Source: Flavobacteriales bacterium
GTDB taxonomy: Bacteria; Bacteroidota; Bacteroidia; NS11-12g; UBA955
Direction: 5' to 3'
DNA: 64,000 nucleotides
Assembly (NCBI GenBank): GCA_947496375.1
Contig: CANMCY010000001.1
Span: forward strand, 70,756 to 134,755
Below the pieces are notes generated by a model. That model did not search any database, was not told the origin of the DNA, and was given only the letters and a program-made list of their open reading frames with translations. Positions 51,173-61,403 of this stretch are shown piece by piece (within the stretch, counting starts at the first letter, position 1; every line of letters starts with the position of its first letter). Both the position numbers and the translations under genes were made by a program.

Positions 51173-52177
51173 ATGGCACTAAAAGGATTGGTTACGCTGG
51201 AACAATTTATTGTGGATCAGCAGGCGTTATATAAGGATGCAACCGGAGCATTCAGCAAAATGTTTCGAGCGTTGGAGCTGGGGGCGAAAATGGTAAACCG
51301 AGATGTGAGAAAGGCCGGTCTGGTCGATATTTTGGGAGATATGGGTTCCATGAATATTCAGGGAGAGTATCAGAAAAAGCTGGATGTAGTGGCCGATACT
51401 ACATTTATAGAAGTGTTGAGCAGGTGTGGTGAAGTTTGCGCTGTGATTAGCGAAGAACAGGATCATGCCATATTTATTGAAGGGTGCGAAAACAAAGAAT
51501 ATTATGTGGCAATAGACCCGCTGGATGGCAGTACCAATATTGATGTAAATGCCAGCATTGGTACCATATTTTCAATTTACCGCAGAAAAGATACTGCGCA
51601 TGCTCCCAAAACAGAAGATTGTCTTCAGCGTGGCTCTGAGCAGATAGCAGCCGGTTATTTTTTATATGGCACAAGTACCATGCTGATTTACACCACCGGC
51701 AATGGGGTAAACGGATTTACCCTGGATGATACCTTGCAGGAGTTTTGTCTTTCGCACGAAAATATTCGCATTCCTAAGGGTGGAGCCATCTTTTCTTTAA
51801 ATGAAGGTAATACTTCTGATTTCCCGGAAGGGGTCAGGCAGTATGTAGCATGGTGTAAAGAAAAAGACAAGGCAACAGGCCGACCCTACGGAGCCCGGTA
51901 TATTGGTAGTCTCATTGCAGATGTGCACAGAAATTTATTAAGGGGCGGTATATTTATTTACCCGGGAACCGAAAAGAAACCCAGCGGAAAGCTGCGTCTG
52001 ATTTATGAGTGCAATACCATGGCATTTATTGTGGAGCAGGCCGGCGGTATGGCCCATTCAGGGCAGGAACGAATTATGGATATTCTCCCCACCGAATTAC
52101 ATCAGCGCTCACCGTTATTTATCGGCAGCACAGAAATGGTAAACCAGGCCCTGGAATATCTTCATCGTTTTTCCTGA
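51173..52177 (+). CDS. fbp: Fructose-1,6-bisphosphatase class 1
   Basis: QKKLDV, SEE, DPLDGSTNID, RYIGSLIADVHR, GKLRLIYE. Confidence 0.96.
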   Translation: MALKGLVTLEQFIVDQQALYKDATGAFSKMFRALELGAKMVNRDVRKAGLVDILGDMGSMNIQGEYQKKLDVVADTTFIEVLSRCGEVCAVISEEQDHAIFIEGCENKEYYVAIDPLDGSTNIDVNASIGTIFSIYRRKDTAHAPKTEDCLQRGSEQIAAGYFLYGTSTMLIYTTGNGVNGFTLDDTLQEFCLSHENIRIPKGGAIFSLNEGNTSDFPEGVRQYVAWCKEKDKATGRPYGARYIGSLIADVHRNLLRGGIFIYPGTEKKPSGKLRLIYECNTMAFIVEQAGGMAHSGQERIMDILPTELHQRSPLFIGSTEMVNQALEYLHRFS

Positions 52178-52846
52178 TTAGTTATCCAGTACATCCAGTA
52201 AAATCCTGAAGGTTTTAACATCCTTTCCGGGGAACACAACTGTGCTCATATAGGAGATTAGCTCCTCTGCCAATTTTCTTCGTGTGAAACGGTCTGAGGT
52301 AGGGTTTTCTTTGTTGAGCAGCTGCTGCAGTATAACGCTGTTGTTTACCTCGGTAAATCCTCCCGACCAGCCCGTTTCCATAAACTGTTTGTTTTCCTGT
52401 ATTGAAATAGCATGCCCTGCCGATTCGCATAATTGAATCATAAAGCGATGCAGAAACCATAAATCGGGTTCACTATTGCGATAAAGGCGCGAGAAATCTG
52501 TTTTCACGGACAAAAAAAGGTTTTCATCGGGCATGGCATCCGGTAGGGAATTTCGGATTAGTTCTGTGCATATCAGGGCCATGTTATTGGATAGAAAGTC
52601 TTCACGCATGAACGGTTCCGCCGCTTTGATTTCCTTAGCCCTCAGCAGGTTTTGTTTTTCTGAATGGTAAAATACAATTTCCAAAAACGTACCGGGCCTC
52701 AGCAAGGCACTTTTGCCTTTTTTGCCTTGCACACCGGAAAAAATAAATGACAGAATGCCGTGAGACTGACAAAAAAGATGCACTACGGCAGAATTTTCGC
52801 CGTAAGAAATTTTATGTAAAACAAGGGCATCTGTTTTTACCAGCAT
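52178..52846 (-). CDS. recO: DNA repair protein RecO (divergent C-terminus)
   Basis: MLVKTDALVLHKISYGENSAVVHLFCQSHG OB-fold N-terminus typical of RecO. Confidence 0.75.
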   Translation of the reverse strand: MLVKTDALVLHKISYGENSAVVHLFCQSHGILSFIFSGVQGKKGKSALLRPGTFLEIVFYHSEKQNLLRAKEIKAAEPFMREDFLSNNMALICTELIRNSLPDAMPDENLFLSVKTDFSRLYRNSEPDLWFLHRFMIQLCESAGHAISIQENKQFMETGWSGGFTEVNNSVILQQLLNKENPTSDRFTRRKLAEELISYMSTVVFPGKDVKTFRILLDVLDN

Positions 52847-53913
52847 CAGTCAATCCAGTCGGCAACGAAAAGGTTGGTTGCCCTGCCGCCACCATTATTT
52901 CTGTTTGACGAAAATACCAATTGTTTTCCATTGGGCGAAAACATGGGGAAGGAATTGAATATGCTTTCAGTGGTGATTTGTTCCAGATTGCTTCCATCTT
53001 CATTAATCATGTAAAGCTGGAAGTCATATCCACGGGTACTCCTGTGGTTGCTGGAAAATATGATTTTCTTATTGCCAGGATGATAAAAAGGTGCCCAGTT
53101 TGCTTTACCCAGGGAAGTGACCTGTTTAAGATCTGATCCATCTGCGTTTATGGTATAGATTTCCATGTTAGTGGGCTCTACCAGATCCCTTGCGAGCAGT
53201 TCTGTATATTTTTTGATTTCTTCCTCGGTTTTGGGTCTGCTACTGCGAAACACAATCTTTTTGCTGTCGGGACTGAAAAATGCCCCACCATCGTAGCCAA
53301 GGCCAAAAGTGAGTTGCTTTTGGTTTTTACCATCTATATCCATGATCCACAGTTCCAGATCGCCACTTCGGGTGCTGGTAAAAACTATTTTCTTACCATC
53401 AGGGGAAACCGTCGCCTCAGCATCATATCCTGGGGCAGATGTGAGCTGATTTTTGATTTTCCCAGTAAGGTCTGATACAAAAATATCATAGCTTTTATAC
53501 AAAGGCCATACATAGGCGCCTTTGGATTCAGGGGGCAGGGGACAGGATTTGTTGTCTAGATGTGTGCTGGCGAACAGCACGTGCCTGTTGTCTGGCATGA
53601 AATAGGAACATGTGGTTCTACCTTCGCCGGTGCTTATGAGATTGGGCCGATAGGCAGAATCGCCAAAATGTTGCAGTTTGGCTGTGAATATCTGGTCGCA
53701 TTGCAGTCCCCATGCCGGATTATTACTTTGAAAGGTAAGTTGTTTACCATCAAAACTCCAGTATGCCTCCGCATTGTCACCCCCGAAGGTAAGTTGGCGA
53801 ATATTTTTAAGATGTTTCTCATCCTTTCCGGATGGCAGGTGTTTCACGTTTTTATTGATGGCACAGCCCGAACACAAGAGGCCTGTGAGTATCAAAAATC
53901 TTAAATAAAGCAT
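52846..53913 (-). CDS. TolB-like PD40 beta-propeller lipoprotein
   Basis: QLTFGGDNAEAYWS, YDAEATVSPDGKKIVFTS, FSPNGKQLVFSSNR; lipobox CSG-C. Confidence 0.88.
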   Translation of the reverse strand: MLYLRFLILTGLLCSGCAINKNVKHLPSGKDEKHLKNIRQLTFGGDNAEAYWSFDGKQLTFQSNNPAWGLQCDQIFTAKLQHFGDSAYRPNLISTGEGRTTCSYFMPDNRHVLFASTHLDNKSCPLPPESKGAYVWPLYKSYDIFVSDLTGKIKNQLTSAPGYDAEATVSPDGKKIVFTSTRSGDLELWIMDIDGKNQKQLTFGLGYDGGAFFSPDSKKIVFRSSRPKTEEEIKKYTELLARDLVEPTNMEIYTINADGSDLKQVTSLGKANWAPFYHPGNKKIIFSSNHRSTRGYDFQLYMINEDGSNLEQITTESIFNSFPMFSPNGKQLVFSSNRNNGGGRATNLFVADWID

Positions 53914-53973
53914 TTGTTAAAAAGGACTTGCAAAATTAGGGTTTATCAGACGATCAAAGAAGGTTACCCCGGT

Positions 53974-55005
53974 TTATTTCAACAATTCCCACGCGATTTT
54001 TGGGAAGCCCTTCTCGCCTTTATCGTTATAAAAATCAACGAAACGCATTTTGAAGTAGTTCCCCTTGGCATCCAGAATAATGAATATCTTCTTTTGATTA
54101 ACCGTGTATTTATTGGCGGTCAGACTCCATGTTTTCCAGTCGTAACCTATCTCATTGAGATAATTGCTTAATACCAGTGATTTGGCATAGTTCAAATCAA
54201 TCAGATTGAAGTCAATTACATTATTTAGTTCCAGTACCTTTACTTTATTAGGGTTGGTCAATACACCCCTGAGAATGTAGGGCATGGTGGTTCCAAGGGT
54301 TTCTTCCGTAACGGTTTGCTTGTAGGTGGTAATCACCATGTCCCAGTTATCTCTGTTAAATGGTTCGTTATACACTTCTTTTTCAGAGGAGAAGTTGTAG
54401 TACGCATAATTGTATTCGTTTTTAACATTGATAAATACATCATTTTTGGGTACTGTATCCGTTAAAAGGCCCCACTGAAAGTGGTAGGAAGAACCCTCAC
54501 GGCCAAGCAGTCTGAGTTTGATAAATTTTTTGTTTCCAAGAGAATCTGCACCGCGATTAATAATGTAAATCCTGTTCTTAGGTTTTGCTTTACCCATCTG
54601 ATAACTTTCCCAGCAGCCGGAAAATGAGAGAGAGTCGGGGTGTCCGTTAGGGTTGTCAAAAGTCCAGGTGTAGCGGTTGATGTCTATTTGCCGAATGTCT
54701 TTAAAATCAGCGTTTTCAATGTAGGTAGCTGAAAAACCGCTATGCTTACCGCAGTTCAATACAATGCTGTTTTGTTCGCTTAGTGAAAATCCTATATCCC
54801 ACAGGCCAAACGGATTGGATGCGGTCTTCTGCGTGGCAAATTCAAACCATAGCTGATTTTCGTAATTTTCGCCCATGGCAAAGGTGGCAGACTGCGTGCC
54901 AACAGGAACTTCCGGTGCAATGTAGAGAGGTTCGTCCTTCTCGCAGGAAGCCAGGCACATCAATACAATTATGAGACCAATCCAGTATGTATTACTCCCC
55001 CTCAT
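53974..55005 (-). CDS. HmuY-family lipoprotein with two HmuY-like domains
   Basis: Lipobox LAS-C followed by EKDE; WDIGF, WDMVITTY, IGYDWK, YFKMRFVDFYNDKGEKGFP. Confidence 0.78.
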   Translation of the reverse strand: MRGSNTYWIGLIIVLMCLASCEKDEPLYIAPEVPVGTQSATFAMGENYENQLWFEFATQKTASNPFGLWDIGFSLSEQNSIVLNCGKHSGFSATYIENADFKDIRQIDINRYTWTFDNPNGHPDSLSFSGCWESYQMGKAKPKNRIYIINRGADSLGNKKFIKLRLLGREGSSYHFQWGLLTDTVPKNDVFINVKNEYNYAYYNFSSEKEVYNEPFNRDNWDMVITTYKQTVTEETLGTTMPYILRGVLTNPNKVKVLELNNVIDFNLIDLNYAKSLVLSNYLNEIGYDWKTWSLTANKYTVNQKKIFIILDAKGNYFKMRFVDFYNDKGEKGFPKIAWELLK

Positions 55006-57272
55006 TTTATATCGTAACTTAATCTTAAAAACAGGGTTCTTCCCGGGGTTATTGTAACATTCATGCCCTGCTCTGAGTGTGGAGTCAGATTTCTGCGGGT
55101 AGAAGCCAGTGTAGTTACGCCCAGGATATTTTTAACCCCCATGCTTACGTGCAGGTTGGCTTTTGGAAATGCTTTCTGGGCGGTTAAGTCCAGTAGGTAA
55201 AAACCCGCTGTGCGATATCGCTGATAGTTTTCCATATATCCTACAGTGGGGCTGGTATATCTGCTCATCAGGGATACGGCAGCTCTTTGTTTTGCAAATT
55301 TACGGGTAAAGTTGAGTGCAAATTGACCATTGATGTATGAACGTTGATTTACCGTGTCTGCCTGTTCCAGCAAATCATAAACGGTGAGCAGTGTACCTGA
55401 CATTTGCATGAAATACCTGGAATTATGGAACTCGAAATTAGTGCTTAGTCCCTGAGAGCGAAATCTTCCAATGTTGATATAGGTATAATAGTTGGTATTG
55501 AAATCAATGAGTGCCAGGTTGATTTTGTTTCTAATAATATTATTAAACAATGAAAAACTGAAAATGGCGCCGGAAGTGCTGGAGAAGGGGTGTCGGTAAT
55601 CAAAAGACAGGATAAAATTATCGGATATTTCTGCTTTTAAACTATCGTTTCCATGAACATTGTGGCTCATATCTACAAAATAGAAATTCAGTTCTTTGAG
55701 TGAGGGTGCCCTGAAACCTTTGGCATAACTGCCTCTGAAACACAAATGTTTCGACAAGTTGTATTTTACCTGAAGCGAAGGAATCAGCGGGGCCAGGGTT
55801 GCACGATTTCCAAATACGGAGGATAGAATTGGGTTGCCGAATCTGGAATTATGCAGAATGCGAAGGGAGGGGCGAATTTGCCATTCTTTACTGGGTGAAA
55901 ATTCCATGGATCCAAAAACTGCGAGGTCGGTTATCCCCGGGAGGTCGGCCGGTATGCGTTTTCCGGTTGCCGTTTCTCTCACAAAATCATAGCCAGCAGT
56001 CCATGAAATCGAATTGGCCGGATTGCTATTGGTATAAACGCCTCGGGAATTTACCATCGTGAAAATGGAAGTGTCCTGATCTTCTGGTCTGTAGGGTGTT
56101 TCGGCTCCTGTAACAAGATTGCGCTTTAGGGTATTCTTGGCCCTGTTGAAGTAGTTGAACGCATTTTGCCACTCAAACCGGCTGAAAGCATTAATTTTAA
56201 ACACCGAATGAAGCGTGTTGTCCAGTCTGGTAGTGTAGTAAACTGAATTATAGCCGGTAACATTGGCCAAACTATATTCGGCATCACTGCGATCTGAGAG
56301 TTTTTCCTGAAAAACAGAAGATGTAAGCCGGTGATGGCTGTTTTGGGTGTTTAAGAAAAGTGACGCATCCGCAAATTGCTTGGTTTTGGGTTTCCAGTCA
56401 AAGCTGCGGGTTTGCTTATCAAAATCCCTTCCTGAGAAAAAATGCCGGCCTGCATTGAAGGTAAATGGCATTTTTGATGTAATCCTTCCATTGACATTAA
56501 CGTCGTAGTTAAAATTACTTACCGCCGACATGTAGTCGTGAAAGACATTGAGCCGCGAGTTAAAACGCTGATTAGACGGGTTTTTGGTGATAATATTGAT
56601 GACACCTCCCAGGGCATCAGTTCCGTAAACAACGCTCATGGGGCCTTCAATGATTTCAACCCTCTCCACATTGCTGAGGATGATTTGCCCCAAATCTACA
56701 TTCCCATTGATTCTTCCGATGACCGGAATGCCATTGATCAATATTTTGATGTCTTGTCCTCCAATGCCCTGCATGATGGCGTTGCTACCCATAACAGCGT
56801 CTTGTCCTACCTGTATGTTGGCTTCATTGAGCAGCAGTTCACCCAAGTTTTGTGCTCCCATCTGCAGTATTTTTTCCTTCGGAATTACCCGTATAAGATA
56901 CGGATTGTCTGAAATTTGCCTTGGCCCTGTAGCGCCGGTAACGGTCACCGGATTGATGAGCATGTTTTTTTGTTTTAGTATTACCAGTACATCATGATCC
57001 ACTGCGGTGTAGGTAGCATCAAAATTCATCAGGGAATCGTTAGGAGCAATGATGGTGAGCTTAAAAGCTCCGTTTTTTTCCAAGAGAAAAAGTCCCTGAG
57101 CGTCGGTTTTACCAGTGATTAGGGGTGCCTGTGGCCTAAAGTCTGCCAGCACATCGGCGTTGGGTATAGGCGCCCCCGTCTCGTTCTGTACACGGATTGT
57201 TCGCTGTTGTGCGAACAACCATGTGCCTGCAGCCAGGCACGAAAGCAATAATATGGGGCGCTTAAAAAGCAA
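55002..57272 (-). CDS. TonB-dependent outer-membrane receptor (heme/HmuR-like)
   Basis: Plug motif VERVEIIEGPMSVVYGTDALGGVINIITK; GFRAPSLKEL..H..H.NDSLKAE; PGRTLFLRLSY C-terminus. Confidence 0.9.
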   Translation of the reverse strand: MLFKRPILLLSCLAAGTWLFAQQRTIRVQNETGAPIPNADVLADFRPQAPLITGKTDAQGLFLLEKNGAFKLTIIAPNDSLMNFDATYTAVDHDVLVILKQKNMLINPVTVTGATGPRQISDNPYLIRVIPKEKILQMGAQNLGELLLNEANIQVGQDAVMGSNAIMQGIGGQDIKILINGIPVIGRINGNVDLGQIILSNVERVEIIEGPMSVVYGTDALGGVINIITKNPSNQRFNSRLNVFHDYMSAVSNFNYDVNVNGRITSKMPFTFNAGRHFFSGRDFDKQTRSFDWKPKTKQFADASLFLNTQNSHHRLTSSVFQEKLSDRSDAEYSLANVTGYNSVYYTTRLDNTLHSVFKINAFSRFEWQNAFNYFNRAKNTLKRNLVTGAETPYRPEDQDTSIFTMVNSRGVYTNSNPANSISWTAGYDFVRETATGKRIPADLPGITDLAVFGSMEFSPSKEWQIRPSLRILHNSRFGNPILSSVFGNRATLAPLIPSLQVKYNLSKHLCFRGSYAKGFRAPSLKELNFYFVDMSHNVHGNDSLKAEISDNFILSFDYRHPFSSTSGAIFSFSLFNNIIRNKINLALIDFNTNYYTYINIGRFRSQGLSTNFEFHNSRYFMQMSGTLLTVYDLLEQADTVNQRSYINGQFALNFTRKFAKQRAAVSLMSRYTSPTVGYMENYQRYRTAGFYLLDLTAQKAFPKANLHVSMGVKNILGVTTLASTRRNLTPHSEQGMNVTITPGRTLFLRLSYDIK

Positions 57273-57282
57273 TATTTAAGCG

Positions 57283-58593
57283 TTAATCAATCACCAGTTT
57301 ACGGGTCAATGACTCTTTGCCCGACTGAATTTGTATCAGGTAGATTCCGGCGGGGATGTCATTTAGGGGAATTGAGTACGCATTCCATGCGGCCTGGGTA
57401 TGTATGGTTTTCGATACCAATGTTTTTCCGTTTAGAGATGCAATGGAAACTTCGCAGGTTTTGGCGACGGGAAGCTCCATGGTGAGGTATACCTCTTTGG
57501 ACGCAGGATTTGGGAATATTTTTACAGAACCGAAACTGCGGCTTTGAACCGACAGACTATTGCGAAGTGCCATGCGGTTAAAAATGATTTTCCCGGAGCC
57601 GGTGCCTGAAAATCCGGTCATGTTGAGGAGCCAGTAAGATGTATCCGCTGTTCTAACGCGCTCAATCAGGTAACTCATGGTATCGCTCAGCGACCATACC
57701 CCACTGAAAGTCTTCCAGTTGGATCCGATTCCTGTAAGGTCATTTTTGAAAGCTTTGGTGTAATCGCCCACAAGCCAGTTGCTATCGGGTTTTAGGTTGT
57801 TGAATGTCTTTCCGAACACTTTGGCTGTGCGTGTGCCGCGTTTGCTTTCAATTCCCATCACAGGGTACATTTCAGGTTTACCGGTTGTGGGATTATTGGC
57901 AAGTTCATAGTAACGGTTGAAGGTGATGTCCCATTCAGTTGAAGCGGGCTCTCTGTTCGGTTTGGTGGTGCCGGTAAACTTGAAATATTTGTACATTTTA
58001 CCGGTGCCGATACTCTGAAACAGGGTGTCGGTAGTTTCTCCGGAGCCATCCAGGTTGGCATATTTAAAAACCAAATCCCCATTGGCTTTTTGAATTACCG
58101 GCCAAAATTTTACAAACTTGGTGAAAGTACCCGGGGCAGCACCTGCCCATGCAAGCAGATACAAGGAGTCTCCGGTAACTTCTTTGGAAGTTACATCATA
58201 CGTTCCCCAGCCGAATTTCCATTTGGGTAAATCTGTGTGGAGACTAAAGGCCCCTTTGTTGTGGTCATGAATATCGTTCCACAGCAACTTCCATGATGAC
58301 CAGCCGGTGGTGTCAAAAGTAGACCATGCATCGGTTTTCCCTTTGGGATATTGAAGAACACGCAATCCACTCATGTGGTTGGCTCTAAGACAGTTATCCC
58401 GGCTTACCGAGGTGTGGGCAATGTCCCAGTTGTTTACCATTGCGGTAGATTTGGTGCCTGTTTTTATGTCATAAAACACCTGGGTTGCATATCCGGGGCC
58501 CATGACGGCAGAGTCTTTGATGATGGCCTGTGCATTCAGCGTCTGACTTGTCAGCAATGCCGCAAATGAAATAAAAGGAAGGATGCGTTTCAT
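57283..58593 (-). CDS. T9SS-sorted protein with two HmuY-like domains
   Basis: Signal peptide LNA-Q; motif-by-motif similarity to 53974-55005; CTD IFPNPAS..GIYLIQI..RKLVID; TAAATTTG element (minus strand) at 58625-58632. Confidence 0.75.
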   Translation of the reverse strand: MKRILPFISFAALLTSQTLNAQAIIKDSAVMGPGYATQVFYDIKTGTKSTAMVNNWDIAHTSVSRDNCLRANHMSGLRVLQYPKGKTDAWSTFDTTGWSSWKLLWNDIHDHNKGAFSLHTDLPKWKFGWGTYDVTSKEVTGDSLYLLAWAGAAPGTFTKFVKFWPVIQKANGDLVFKYANLDGSGETTDTLFQSIGTGKMYKYFKFTGTTKPNREPASTEWDITFNRYYELANNPTTGKPEMYPVMGIESKRGTRTAKVFGKTFNNLKPDSNWLVGDYTKAFKNDLTGIGSNWKTFSGVWSLSDTMSYLIERVRTADTSYWLLNMTGFSGTGSGKIIFNRMALRNSLSVQSRSFGSVKIFPNPASKEVYLTMELPVAKTCEVSIASLNGKTLVSKTIHTQAAWNAYSIPLNDIPAGIYLIQIQSGKESLTRKLVID

Positions 58594-58780
58594 GATTTGG
58601 AATGTAGTTGAATAAATGTTGCTGCAAATTTACCCCATTCATCAAACTTATGGATGAATCTGAACCCGTTCTAATGTCATTTTTGGGTAATGAATTAACA
58701 CGTTATTTTCACCCTAAAAAGAACATTGTGCTTGTCATTGTGTTGTAACTTTGTAAACTTTTAAGTGACTGCGCATCATT

Positions 58781-60643
58781 TTGGGTAAAATCAACATCAA
58801 TATTAAATCGGGAACGCTGGAAAAGGAGGGGTTAATTGTTGGGATTGACCTGGGTACTACCAACAGTATCATTGCCATGGTTAATCCTGAAACAGGCAAA
58901 CCTGAAGTACTGGGTAAGGCGGATGAGTTGCTCGTGCCTTCGGTGGTTCACATCACCGGCGATGGGGTTCCACTGGTGGGAAACCTGGCACGACAGGCCT
59001 TGATTTCGCACCCCCAGAGCACTATTTTTTCGGTTAAGCGCCTCCTGGGCAGAAGTTACAAGGATGTTGAGGCCCACGCACCCTACTACACCTACAGAAT
59101 TCTGGATGAAGAGGATGAGAAACTTGTGAGGATAGAGGTGAACGGGAAATATTTCACTCCCATTGAGTTGAGTGCAGAGATATTGGCAGAATTGAAGCGA
59201 CGGGCGGAAAGTCTTACCGGCAAAACGGTAAACCGAGCGGTTATCACAGTCCCTGCCTATTTTAACGACAGTCAGCGGCAGGCCACCCGAGACGCGGGTA
59301 AAATAGCGGGTCTTGAGGTGCTAAGAATTGTGAACGAGCCCACCGCTGCAAGTCTTGCCTATGGACTGGGATTAAATCCGTCTGAAGCTAAAACCATCAT
59401 GGTGTATGATTTGGGTGGCGGAACATTCGATGTATCTATTTTGCGCATCGAAGAGGGCGTTTTTGAGGTTTTGAGTACCCAGGGCGATACCTATTTGGGT
59501 GGAGATGATTTTGACCGAGAGATTATCCGGTACTGGCAGCATAATGCCCCGGAGAACCTGAAGTCTGAAATGGCTAAAACGCTGCGATTGCTTGCCGAGG
59601 ATGCCAAGAAAACGGTTTGTAACAAGCAAGATTTTCAGAAAAAAATCCTTTTGGGAGGCAGCGAGTTAATCCTTAATCTCGATTATGCCACTTTTGAGGA
59701 CCTGACGAAGCATCACATGGAGAAAACCTTGCACTGCCTGCAACAGGCCATGGTGGACGCAAATTTGGCCCCGAAAGACATTGATGAGGTGGTTCTGGTG
59801 GGCGGAAGCACAAGAATGCCTTTTGTTAAGCAACGGCTATCGGATTTATTTGGTCATATCAAAGTGAATGATACATTAAATCCTGATGAAGTGGTTGCAT
59901 TAGGAGCTGCTGTGGAGGCCGATGTAATCGCCGGCAATAGAAGTGATGTTTTGTTGCTTGATGTTACGCCATTGAGTCTGGGAATTGAAACGGTAGGGGG
60001 TTTAATGGATGTATTGATCACCCGAAATACCAAAATTCCGTGCAAGTTCATAAAATCCTATACCACATCGGTAGATGGTCAGGTAAAAATGAGTATTTCC
60101 GTATACCAGGGAGAGCGTGAACTGGTTTCGGAGAACCGAAAGCTGGGTGAACTATTGTTATCAGGTATTCCTGCCATGCCGGCCGGTTTACCCAAGGTAG
60201 AGGTGGCCTTTATACTCAATGCTGACGGAATTTTAACCGTAGAAGCCAAGGAAATCAGAAGCGGAGTATCCCAACATATTGACATTAAACCGCGGTATGG
60301 GTTGTCTGATGAAGATGTTGAACGAATGCTGCTGGATAGTATCAGCCATGCCAAAGAGGATGTATCGATACGCATGCGTTTGGAGGCCAGGACCGAGGCA
60401 GAGCAGATGATTTACACGGTACAGCGATTTTTGGAAAAAAATGCCGGGTTGCTAAGCGAAGCGGAAATATTAAATACCCACAAATTCTGTGATGATTTGC
60501 AGGGCAGATTGGCAGATGGAGACAAAGACACAATATTGCAGGGCATAGAAGCGTTAAATGAGTATACAAGACCGTTTGCAGAAAGACTGATGAACCAGGC
60601 GGTATCTTCAGCCCTGTCTGGCACCCACATAGATAAAGTATGA
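58781..60643 (+). CDS. hscA: Hsp70-family Fe-S assembly chaperone HscA
   Basis: GIDLGTTNS, TVPAYFND, DLGGGTFD, IPAMPAGLPK, TRPFAERLM C-terminus; TTG start; TAACTTTG at 58746-58753. Confidence 0.8.
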   Translation: MGKININIKSGTLEKEGLIVGIDLGTTNSIIAMVNPETGKPEVLGKADELLVPSVVHITGDGVPLVGNLARQALISHPQSTIFSVKRLLGRSYKDVEAHAPYYTYRILDEEDEKLVRIEVNGKYFTPIELSAEILAELKRRAESLTGKTVNRAVITVPAYFNDSQRQATRDAGKIAGLEVLRIVNEPTAASLAYGLGLNPSEAKTIMVYDLGGGTFDVSILRIEEGVFEVLSTQGDTYLGGDDFDREIIRYWQHNAPENLKSEMAKTLRLLAEDAKKTVCNKQDFQKKILLGGSELILNLDYATFEDLTKHHMEKTLHCLQQAMVDANLAPKDIDEVVLVGGSTRMPFVKQRLSDLFGHIKVNDTLNPDEVVALGAAVEADVIAGNRSDVLLLDVTPLSLGIETVGGLMDVLITRNTKIPCKFIKSYTTSVDGQVKMSISVYQGERELVSENRKLGELLLSGIPAMPAGLPKVEVAFILNADGILTVEAKEIRSGVSQHIDIKPRYGLSDEDVERMLLDSISHAKEDVSIRMRLEARTEAEQMIYTVQRFLEKNAGLLSEAEILNTHKFCDDLQGRLADGDKDTILQGIEALNEYTRPFAERLMNQAVSSALSGTHIDKV

Positions 60644-61365
60644 AGTATCTGATTTTTTCACTGTTTTTTTTAGTGCTGGGAAGAGCTACAGGGCAGACCT
60701 GGACTGATGCTGAGATGCTGGAGCGACAAAATTACGGACTGAAACTGGGATTCAATATTTCATCGATGTGGGGCGGCGAATTGCAGAACCCCAGACCCTA
60801 TGTGGGTCCCTCAGCCGGTTTTTTCTGGCACACCAAAGAGACCAAAAAGCCCATCATGTTTCAGACTGGAATTGAAGGAAATATGCGGGGTGGCAATTTT
60901 GCCAATAAAAACGCTGATTTTCCCGGAGGCGGCAACAGCAATTACCGCAGAATCGGTTTAATTACTGCCGATGTTCCCTTGTTGATTAACTATCGGATTG
61001 GCCCTAAAAAAGAGGGGAAAACCCGGGTTGTTCAAATGGGTGCCGTTGTGTCCGGAACCATCAGAAGTACGGTTTATTTGGGTGATGATAAACTGCCCGC
61101 TCAGCATTTTCTTGACAGCACCAGTCACTTATACAAATGGGGAAATCTTCCCCTAAAACCCGTAGAGGTGCTGGGCCTGATTGGCTACCAGGAACGCGGA
61201 TCTGCCGCCGGCTGGCAGATACAATTGCAGGTAGGTATTAACAACCTCAACGATGTAAAGCGGGAAAACGGCAATATCATTCCTTTCATGCCATACGCAT
61301 ACCCATCTACAGGTACAGGCAAGAGAATCAGCACCTGGAATCTGAAAGTGAGTGCATTGTTTTAA
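60640..61365 (+). CDS. Small outer-membrane beta-barrel (porin/PorT-like) protein
   Basis: Signal peptide ATG-Q; YGLKLGFNIS, DVPLLINY; C-terminal Phe. Confidence 0.65.
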   Translation: MKYLIFSLFFLVLGRATGQTWTDAEMLERQNYGLKLGFNISSMWGGELQNPRPYVGPSAGFFWHTKETKKPIMFQTGIEGNMRGGNFANKNADFPGGGNSNYRRIGLITADVPLLINYRIGPKKEGKTRVVQMGAVVSGTIRSTVYLGDDKLPAQHFLDSTSHLYKWGNLPLKPVEVLGLIGYQERGSAAGWQIQLQVGINNLNDVKRENGNIIPFMPYAYPSTGTGKRISTWNLKVSALF

Positions 61366-61403
61366 GGGTAGTCACCATAATTTTTCCTAATTTTGTTGGG
61401 TCG

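Noticed and set aside
58781..60643. Calling the Hsp70 gene dnaK
   Set aside because: The N-terminal extension and C-terminus fit HscA better; it lacks the acidic DnaK tail and highly-expressed codon pattern
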